Position numbers and translations under genes: made by a program. Positions 37,567-44,554 of a stretch of 64,000 nucleotides of DNA are shown here, piece after piece (the first letter of the stretch is position 1; the number at the start of each line of letters is the position of its first letter). The notes below the pieces were generated by a model. That model saw only the letters and a list, made by a program, of their open reading frames with translations. It ran no database searches and was not told the DNA's origin. The DNA is taken from NCBI GenBank assembly GCA_043809645.1, contig JBDROX010000036.1, forward strand, positions 1,713 to 65,712. The letters are read 5' to 3'. Source of the stretch: Candidatus Magasanikiibacteriota bacterium (GTDB taxonomy: Bacteria > Patescibacteriota > Patescibacteriia > Magasanikbacterales > UBA922).

Positions 37567-37965
37567 TCGGCGGTAGCTCAGTGGTAGAGCAGTTGGCTGT
37601 AAAATTGTTTGCAGCCTTCAATGGAAACATTGGAGTGAAAACAAGGTGAATTGCTGGGAGCCCTCTCTCCTGAATTATCAGGTCTGGGTAATCAGCAGCC
37701 AATCCTTTGCGGAGACGCATTCAGGCAACAGGTGTAGAAATATACAGGTCTGCATGCGGCAAGATTTGCGAAGGCAGGTTCAGAGACTATCCTTAATTGG
37801 AGTAGTTCAAAGGTGGTGCACCTTTGAACGAAGCGCCTTGCACCCAAACGCTCTCGACAAGATCGAGTTATTACGTGGGTGATGATATATAGTCCATCCT
37901 TTGGTGAAAGCCAGAGACAAGATGTAACCAATTGGTCGCCGGTTCGAATCCGGCCCGCCGAGCCA
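37567..37965 (+). tRNA. tRNA-Asn(GTT) gene interrupted by a group I intron in the anticodon loop (exons 37567-37600 and 37925-37965, encoded CCA)
   Basis: Exons alone fold as a canonical tRNA: acceptor TCGGCGG/CCGCCGA, D arm GCTC-AGTGGTA-GAGC, anticodon stem GTTGG/CCAAT, spliced loop CTGT|TAA, T arm GCCGG-TTCGAAT-CCGGC, G73, CCA. Confidence 0.8.
37601..37924 (+). ncRNA. group I self-splicing intron (324 nt, ORF-less)
   Basis: P1: exon GGCTGT pairs with internal guide gcagcc (37611-37616), U.G at the splice site; P element aattgctggga (37649-37659); Q taatcagcagcc (37689-37700); R gttcagagactatcc (37779-37792); S gatgatatatagtcc (37881-37895); P7 GACTAT/ATAGTC; terminal G at 37924. Confidence 0.85.
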
Positions 37966-37974
37966 TGAATTTTC

Positions 37975-38020
37975 AAAAAAACATCGCTAACTTTAGATAA
38001 GTTTAGCGGTGTTTTTTTAT
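37975..38020 (+). terminator. rho-independent terminator after tRNA-Asn
   Basis: catcgctaactt-tagat-aagtttagcggtg followed by ttttttt. Confidence 0.45.
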
Positions 38021-38120
38021 GGAGGGAAATCGGATTCGAACTTTATGATTATTTTTTTGAAATTCATGTTATAATATAACCAATAATGAAATTAAAACTA
38101 TTTTATGTCTAAAAAAAATA

Positions 38121-38915
38121 TTGTTTCTTGATTTTTTTAATCCAGGAATGGATTTAATAAGATATTATCATCAGCAACAAGATGCTAAAGTGAAATATGG
38201 TAGTCTTTTCCATGGTGGATCGTTTTTGGAAAATGATTTATACTCATTTGACTGGTTAAATAGATTTGAAAACGCGTGGTTTGGTTTGTATGATGTTATA
38301 TATACATCATCAAAATATACACTCAAATCATGTCCTAAGTCTATACGAAGCAAGTTTAAAGTGTTTCCATGGGGTATGGACGGTATAAAATTTTATGCAA
38401 ATTCTTCTACAAAAGAATGGGGTGTTGTTTTCCCGCATAGATTAAATTCTGATAAAGGTGTGGAGGATTTATTGATAATTATAAAATCAATTCCATATGC
38501 ATCTTTTGCTATTACCGTACCACAAGATTTGAATACACTTACGGAAAATAAATTTTATAAAAAAATTGCTAAGCACAAAAATGTTACTTTTGTCATTAAT
38601 GAGTCAAGAGATCAGCATTTAAAAACACTTTCTAAATCTCGTATTATTTTGAGCTGTGCAAAACAAGAATTGTTTGGTTATTCAGTAATGAAAGGTGTAT
38701 TATCTGGATGCATACCTGTTCTACCAAACCAACTTTGTTATCCAGAATTTTTTGATAAAAAATTTATGTACAAAGATGTTGACGAGGCAATTAATATGAT
38801 AAAAGAATTCATTAAGCAAGATGTGGACGGTGTGGGTGTTAAAAAACTTGATGAGGTAAGAAGGTGTGTATCTTCAATGACTTTTGGAAAGATATTATCC
38901 GATTTTTTTAAGTAA
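38121..38915 (+). CDS. glycosyltransferase-like protein (GT-B C-terminal domain, GT1/GT4-like), N-terminal domain apparently truncated; very AT-rich
   Basis: ELFGYSVMKGVLSGCIPVLPN matches the E-x-FG...EA...G-PV nucleotide-sugar-binding block; only about 100 aa precede it; TTG start in the ORF track, alternative ATG at 38148. Confidence 0.4.
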   Translation: MFLDFFNPGMDLIRYYHQQQDAKVKYGSLFHGGSFLENDLYSFDWLNRFENAWFGLYDVIYTSSKYTLKSCPKSIRSKFKVFPWGMDGIKFYANSSTKEWGVVFPHRLNSDKGVEDLLIIIKSIPYASFAITVPQDLNTLTENKFYKKIAKHKNVTFVINESRDQHLKTLSKSRIILSCAKQELFGYSVMKGVLSGCIPVLPNQLCYPEFFDKKFMYKDVDEAINMIKEFIKQDVDGVGVKKLDEVRRCVSSMTFGKILSDFFK

Positions 38916-38942
38916 TATTTGAAATTAAAAAGTGCACACTCG

Positions 38943-39380
38943 CTAAAAGCATACACTTGACCTCCAAACGCAGACTCCGTCTACAGGATCAATTTTTTGA
39001 ATATGAGGCATAGAATATATATCTATGTCTTTTTTTGCTACAAAGATCAATCCCTTTCGTTTTGTGTAAATTGAATCATGAAAGTGAACTTCAACTTGTT
39101 CGTAGAGTGACCCCTCAAATTCTGTCAGTTTATCTTGTATGTTGTTGAACTCCTTTTCTGATGTATCAAATGTGTTGAACGTTGCCGAAATGAGATGTCC
39201 AGATTCGCAGAGTACTGCGAGTGGGTAAGAATATACACCATTTGGTTCTGTATAGTCTGTAACCCTGTACAGCCAACCTCTGATGAATCCACATATCACA
39301 TGGATAGGCAATGTTCCGCATATTTCACGAAGCAACTCGCTGTTTATCAGTGTTCCATAAAATATGAACGAATTCTGCAT
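38943..39380 (-). CDS. gamma-glutamyl cyclotransferase / AIG2-like family protein
   Basis: N-terminal FIFYGTLINSELL (the GGCT family YGTL motif), 145 aa. Confidence 0.55.
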   Translation of the reverse strand: MQNSFIFYGTLINSELLREICGTLPIHVICGFIRGWLYRVTDYTEPNGVYSYPLAVLCESGHLISATFNTFDTSEKEFNNIQDKLTEFEGSLYEQVEVHFHDSIYTKRKGLIFVAKKDIDIYSMPHIQKIDPVDGVCVWRSSVCF

Positions 39381-39967
39381 TGTAGACTCCTTTTTGTGTT
39401 ATCCGAATAGAGTGCTAACATGTTTTTAGGGTTTTGTCAAGACCCAAGTGGACAAAAACCGTATTGGCCAATACGCTTTTATAAAAAATTTACCGCCAAA
39501 GAAAAACTTGAAATCGCCAAGAAACACCCGACCTCCCCGCAAAAGCGGGGGTGATTGGTTAGGTGCGGCCGCCCCCCTCCGGCCGCACTCATTGTTGGAA
39601 ATGTTTTCGAACTTTCGCGTATTCGCGGAGCCCAGTATAAAAGAAGTTCACTAGGAACTTCTTTTTAATTTCGTATATTGACTTTAATGAAATTTTATGA
39701 TATCTTTGCAAAATCTTTATAGAAAAAGACTATATGTTAAATAAAGTACTAAAAAAATTAAAAGAGTCTGAAATGAAGAATCAGATACGTAGTAGCACTT
39801 CCTCAACGTATGCAGACTACGCCCATACGCTCAATACAAAAAGCTCTGGTTTTCATGCAAAGAAAACAAGTCAGCTAGGTGCTGAAAGGCAACGGAGTAT
39901 AGGCAATAGACAGGGGAAACCAACAAAGAAAACTACATAAAGCTGAATTAGTACTTTTTTTACTTTT

Positions 39968-41011
39968 ATGAATCGAGAGAAAATAATTCAGGAATTTGTC
40001 CCAGGAATACAAAAGTTTCGTTTTGACCAGATAAATAAGGCTCTTTTTGATACTATCTACTCATCTTGGGACGACGTGACGACACTTCCAAAAGAAATGA
40101 AGGCTATTCTTGGTGATAATATCCCTTGGCTTTCATTTCAAGAAAAAGGTTTACATGAAAGTGCCTCACAAGACACATTCAAGGGAATATTTGAAACAGA
40201 TGATGGATTGCTTTTTGAATCAGTACTGATGAAAAATAGAAAGGAGCAGTGGACAATATGTATTTCCAGTCAAGTGGGGTGTGCAATGCGATGTGCTTTT
40301 TGTGCAACCGGTGCAATGGGATTGAAGAGAGGGCTTGAGAGTTGTGAAATTGTTGATCAGTATAGATTCTGGCAAAACTTTCTGAGTGAGCACCCAAACT
40401 TTTCTCAGAGAATTTCTAATGTAGTATTCATGGGAATGGGAGAACCTCTCGCCAATTATGAAAATGTAAAAGCGTCCATTAACACATGGCTGAAATACAC
40501 TGACCTTGGCCCGTCAAAAATTTTGGTTTCAACAGTTGGTATTCTTCCTCAGATGAAAAAATTGCTCACTGATCCAGACTGGCCTGCCACTCGCATTGCA
40601 ATTTCCTTGCACAGCGCAAATCAGCAGAAGCGAGAGGAAATAGTTCCAACAACAACACCAAATTTTCTGAAAGATATAGCAGTCTGGTCTCATGAATATG
40701 AGAAGTTCCGTGGAAATAGAAATCATAAACTTACTTTTGAATATACGCTTATTTCTCATGTCAACGATACACCAGAGCTTGCAGAGGAGCTGGCAAGCTA
40801 TATCGTTAAAACAGCAGTAAGTAAGGTAAATGTGATTCCGTACAATCCAGTGAAAGAAAAAGAATTTTCAAGAGCTGAGAGGGAAAGAATTGATGCATTC
40901 AAGGATATTCTCCGAAATCACGATATTAATGTAACAGAAAGAAAAACAATGGGAGATGACATCGATGCTGCCTGCGGTCAGCTCGTGACACAGAACTCGT
41001 TCTGCACTTGA
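39968..41011 (+). CDS. rlmN: 23S rRNA/tRNA adenine C2-methyltransferase, radical SAM (RlmN/Cfr family)
   Basis: CISSQVGCAMRCAFCATG radical-SAM CxxxCxxC, conserved C-terminal Cys in DIDAACGQL. Confidence 0.85.
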   Translation: MNREKIIQEFVPGIQKFRFDQINKALFDTIYSSWDDVTTLPKEMKAILGDNIPWLSFQEKGLHESASQDTFKGIFETDDGLLFESVLMKNRKEQWTICISSQVGCAMRCAFCATGAMGLKRGLESCEIVDQYRFWQNFLSEHPNFSQRISNVVFMGMGEPLANYENVKASINTWLKYTDLGPSKILVSTVGILPQMKKLLTDPDWPATRIAISLHSANQQKREEIVPTTTPNFLKDIAVWSHEYEKFRGNRNHKLTFEYTLISHVNDTPELAEELASYIVKTAVSKVNVIPYNPVKEKEFSRAERERIDAFKDILRNHDINVTERKTMGDDIDAACGQLVTQNSFCT

Positions 41012-41036
41012 CAAACGTATACTTATCTGCTATACT
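41008..41036 (+). promoter_or_regulatory. sigma70-like promoter TTGACA-17-TATACT for the DEAD-box helicase gene (overlaps the rlmN stop)
   Basis: ttgaca 41008-41013, 17-nt spacer, tatact 41031-41036. Confidence 0.5.
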
Positions 41037-41190
41037 ACTACATTCAATAAAGCCTAGAACTATCTAGGCGGCTCGAATCCTATTGTGTCATTGTGACCTG
41101 CCTGCCGGCAGGTAGGCCTCTACGAACATCGGGTCACAGAGTACCGTTTGGTACTGTGCTCCGCTCATATAGTGGGGTTAGAATATATAT

Positions 41191-42609
41191 ATGACACAAG
41201 ACAAAAACATAGGTAATTTTGATTACCTTGGGATTGGAGAAAAACTTCTGACAATTCTAAAAAACAAGGGTTTTGAAACCCCAACCCCGATTCAACATCA
41301 GGTTATTCCTGCTGCCCTAGAAGGAAAAGATGTGGTAGGCATTGCACAAACTGGGACTGGAAAGACCCTGGCTTTCGGCATTCCGATCCTTGAGAAAATA
41401 CTAAAAGGGAGCGGGCAGGCACTCATTATGGTGCCAACACGTGAGCTTGCACTCCAAGTAGAGGCATCTCTGAAGCAAATCGGAAGTACACTCGGACTCC
41501 GAACAGCTGTCATAATCGGGGGCGTAGCACAGGGAAGACAGGTGCAAAATATTCGAAATAATCCACATGTCATCATTGCAACACCTGGACGTCTAGACGA
41601 CCTCATGAAGCAGGGTCAGTATAAACTAAACAAAGTTGAGATTATTACACTCGACGAGGCAGACAGAATGCTCGATGTTGGATTCCTTCCACAAATCAAG
41701 CATATTTTACAAACTGCACCGCAGAAGAGACAAACCATGCTCTTCTCTGCTACTATGCCGAAGTCTATCTCTTCTCTTGCGAGCCAATTCATGAAGATTC
41801 CTCTCAGAATTGAAATTGCACCCCAAGGAACTTCTGCAGAGCACGTTGAACAGGAAGTATTTGTCATTAGAAAAAATGACAAGATGCGCCTCCTTGACTC
41901 AGTGCTCGAAGAGTATAAGAGTGACAAGACACTCATCTTCTCTCGAACCAAGCACGGTGCAAAGCGTATTGCACGCGAGATCAGAAACATGGGCCACACA
42001 TGTACAGAAATTCATGGAAATCGATCACAGCCACAGAGAGAGAAGGCACTCGAGGGCTTCTCTGGTAGGCGATTCCGTATCATGGTTGCGACAGACATTG
42101 CAGCACGTGGTATTGATGTCAGAGATATTGGTCTGGTACTGAATTTTGACCTTCCAGACAATTCAGAGGACTATGTTCACAGAATTGGAAGGACCGGACG
42201 AGCAGGGCGATCTGGAAAAGCAATCTCATTCATCGACCCATCACAGAAGGCTGATGTGAGTAGAATAGAGAGACTCATCAGAAAATCTCTAAAAGTCCTT
42301 TCTCTTCCACAGCTACCACCACCAAGACCCAAGGCTCCAAAAGAGAATAAACCATTCTCTGGATGGCAACCAAGGCGACAGGGTGGAGGATATGGTGGGC
42401 CAAGAAAACGTCCTGCTGGACACAGCAAGCAAAAACCGTCGTCTAACTACAACAGACGAAATTCTTCGTCTAACGAAACCAAGTCAGAATTTACTCCAAA
42501 AAGAGAAGATAAAAACTGGGATGGCGAAAAACAGAGGGGTAGAGCTCCTTCGAAGAATAAACAAAAACCACAGAGAAGTCGAAATAGCGGGAAGAGGAGA
42601 ACAAGATAA
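41191..42609 (+). CDS. DEAD-box ATP-dependent RNA helicase with Arg/Gly/Lys-rich C-terminal tail
   Basis: Q motif, AQTGTGKT, PTRELA, DEAD in LDEADRML, SAT, HRIGRTGRAGRSG. Confidence 0.9.
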   Translation: MTQDKNIGNFDYLGIGEKLLTILKNKGFETPTPIQHQVIPAALEGKDVVGIAQTGTGKTLAFGIPILEKILKGSGQALIMVPTRELALQVEASLKQIGSTLGLRTAVIIGGVAQGRQVQNIRNNPHVIIATPGRLDDLMKQGQYKLNKVEIITLDEADRMLDVGFLPQIKHILQTAPQKRQTMLFSATMPKSISSLASQFMKIPLRIEIAPQGTSAEHVEQEVFVIRKNDKMRLLDSVLEEYKSDKTLIFSRTKHGAKRIAREIRNMGHTCTEIHGNRSQPQREKALEGFSGRRFRIMVATDIAARGIDVRDIGLVLNFDLPDNSEDYVHRIGRTGRAGRSGKAISFIDPSQKADVSRIERLIRKSLKVLSLPQLPPPRPKAPKENKPFSGWQPRRQGGGYGGPRKRPAGHSKQKPSSNYNRRNSSSNETKSEFTPKREDKNWDGEKQRGRAPSKNKQKPQRSRNSGKRRTR

Positions 42610-42684
42610 AATTAAAAAACAGTCCATGGGGGCTGTTTTTGATTCTATATAGTGTTATACTGAAATCTATAAACAAAAAGTTGT

Positions 42685-43170
42685 ATGCAGATATTTGAAC
42701 TAGATCCGAGTCAGGTAATAACATTAAATGATTATCCTGTGAATAGCGATGATATGCTCATCAAATATTTTCGAATGTGTGAACTTGGGGAGAAGTTGGC
42801 CTTTGTTCCACTCATAAAGAAGAATGCTGTAAAGCCATATTTGAGCGATAATCTAAGAAAAATATTTGAAGTCTTTGAAAAAAAACATGGCAAAGCAGAA
42901 TACTTTATGCTTGATGGGAGCCACAGAACAACAGCATTATCCCTGAGAGGGTCAAAGATACCAGCAATAGTGTATGAAAAAGATAGAGATATTATTGAAG
43001 CAAAGAAACTAGTTGCATCTGGTCAAATTCTTGAAAATGGAACGCTTTATCACACAATGGAGGAGAACTGTAAAATCTTGAATAAACACTTCAACTCAAA
43101 ACCCTATTTTATGACTGTACGGCAAAAAACAAAAAAAATGTTGAATGAAAAGGTTCTGCCAAAGATGTAA
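42685..43170 (+). CDS. ParB/sulfiredoxin-like domain protein
   Basis: FMLDGSHRTTALSLRGSKIPAIVY resembles the ParB-fold DGxHR...IPA motif. Confidence 0.4.
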   Translation: MQIFELDPSQVITLNDYPVNSDDMLIKYFRMCELGEKLAFVPLIKKNAVKPYLSDNLRKIFEVFEKKHGKAEYFMLDGSHRTTALSLRGSKIPAIVYEKDRDIIEAKKLVASGQILENGTLYHTMEENCKILNKHFNSKPYFMTVRQKTKKMLNEKVLPKM

Positions 43171-43177
43171 ACTCCAT

Positions 43178-43678
43178 CTATTTCACTCCATCTATTTCAC
43201 ACCTTCCAACCTTCTTTACCTCTACAACATCACCCTTTTTCAGACCAATCAAAGCTGACCCAAGTGGAGACTGATGTGATATCACGCCTTTCTCAGGATC
43301 TGCCTCAGAAGCTCCCAATATGGTGTAAACTCTCTCACCTTTGGGAATTTTTATTGTTACAGTGCTCCCGAGCTGTACAGTATCACCACCAGTAGGCTCT
43401 ATAACCTCTGCATGATTAATGAGATAATCCACTTTTAGAATTCCGCTGAGTATTCCTCGGAGTTTTCTCTTTGCCTGCTGATATTCTACATTTTCAGAGA
43501 AGTCACCAAGCTCAGCGAGCCTTGCTACTTCACGCGCTGCACCCGGCTTTTTCTTCTTGAGACGAATCAAATCACGCTCCATTTGCTCAAATTTATCCAT
43601 ACTCATGGCATGATCTGTAGGAATTTGGCTGTATTTACCTGGTTTTCTCTTCGGAAGTTGCATAATAGTGCTTGACAA
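43178..43678 (-). CDS. greA: transcription elongation factor GreA
   Basis: N-terminal coiled-coil with ...GDFSENVEYQQAK and C-terminal FKBP-like domain; start probably at an internal Met (MQLP... or MSMDKF). Confidence 0.85.
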   Translation of the reverse strand: MSSTIMQLPKRKPGKYSQIPTDHAMSMDKFEQMERDLIRLKKKKPGAAREVARLAELGDFSENVEYQQAKRKLRGILSGILKVDYLINHAEVIEPTGGDTVQLGSTVTIKIPKGERVYTILGASEADPEKGVISHQSPLGSALIGLKKGDVVEVKKVGRCEIDGVK

Positions 43679-43807
43679 ATAAGTCTAACTAGTATATAGT
43701 TTCATATTCATTGTTACAAGGGATATTTGGTAGGCTCCATCCTATTGATATTAAACCGAAAAAAAGGTAGACTTGAACAAAGGAGTAATCACTAATTTTA
43801 CTAAAAT

Positions 43808-44488
43808 ATGGGACATTTTGATAGAAACAACAGAGGTGCTGGTGGATTCAACAATAGAAATTCTGGTGGAGGAAGCTTCAATAGAGGTGGGGATAGACCT
43901 CAGATGCATGATGCCACTTGCAAGAAGTGTGGAAATTACTGCCAGGTACCATTTCGACCAACAGGAAGTAAACCAGTATTTTGTAGCGACTGTTTTGGTA
44001 AACAAAATGACGGCGGAAGAGGAAGCTTTGGTGGTAGAGGTGACAGAAAATTTGGAAATAAAAAATCTTTTGGCGGTTCTCAAAATATGCACCCAGCAGT
44101 CTGTGATACATGTGGAAATGACTGTGAGGTACCATTTCGACCAACAGGAGACAAGCCAATCTATTGCAGCAACTGTTTTGGAAAAGATTCCAAAAGTGGT
44201 GGCAGTAGTAAAGGTGGCTCATGCAATTGTTCTCCAGAAATTAAAAAACTTGAGGGCAAGATTGATAGCATCCTCAAAACACTTGGTATTCCAGAACCAA
44301 AGAAGTATGTAGCTCCAATAAAGCCAGAAAAGAAAAAAGAAGAATCGAAGAAAGCTGTACCTGCAAAGACAGAGAAGAAAGAGGTAGATACAGATCCTAA
44401 GCCAAAAAAAGTAAAGAAAACAAAAGTAGCACCAAAAAAAGTAAAGAAAGCTGTAAAAAAGAAAGCTGCAACTAAGAAGAAGAAATAG
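43808..44488 (+). CDS. Gly/Arg-rich protein with two tandem CxxC...C zinc-ribbon modules and a histone H1-like Lys/Ala/Pro-rich C-terminal tail
   Basis: CKKCGNYCQVPFRPTGSKPVFCSDCF and CDTCGNDCEVPFRPTGDKPIYCSNCF repeats; tail KKVKKTKVAPKKVKKAVKKKAATKKKK; the overlapping track ORFs (43773-44312, 43751-44092, 43878-44222) are shadows. Confidence 0.55.
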   Translation: MGHFDRNNRGAGGFNNRNSGGGSFNRGGDRPQMHDATCKKCGNYCQVPFRPTGSKPVFCSDCFGKQNDGGRGSFGGRGDRKFGNKKSFGGSQNMHPAVCDTCGNDCEVPFRPTGDKPIYCSNCFGKDSKSGGSSKGGSCNCSPEIKKLEGKIDSILKTLGIPEPKKYVAPIKPEKKKEESKKAVPAKTEKKEVDTDPKPKKVKKTKVAPKKVKKAVKKKAATKKKK

Positions 44489-44554
44489 ACAGAAAAAACA
44501 ACATGAAAAAAACTGTCTCAATGGCAGTTTTTTTCAGTAAGAATTTAAAAGATT

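Noticed and set aside
37646-37976. Track ORFs 37646-37882 (+) and 37692-37976 (-) as possible intron-encoded homing endonuclease
   Set aside because: They lie entirely within the structured core of the 324-nt group I intron (P, Q, R and S elements), have no LAGLIDADG, GIY-YIG or HNH motifs and an odd composition. The intron is ORF-less.
39448-39654. ORF encoding MDKNRIGQYAFIKNLPPKK...
   Set aside because: It spans the GC hairpin cluster, has no RBS or family resemblance and a Pro/Arg-rich translation typical of a GC-structure artefact. The region is treated as non-coding.
39734-39940. 68-aa Lys/Ser/Thr-rich ORF upstream of rlmN
   Set aside because: It has no recognisable fold or motif and a low-complexity composition. 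It could be a real small basic protein but is not supportable from sequence alone.
43751-44312. ORFs 43773-44312 (+), 43751-44092 (-), 43878-44222 (-) and 44219-44521 (-)
   Set aside because: These are alternative-frame shadows of the Gly/Arg/Lys-rich zinc-ribbon gene. They yield low-complexity translations; only the 43808-44488 frame gives the repeated CxxC motif and lysine tail.
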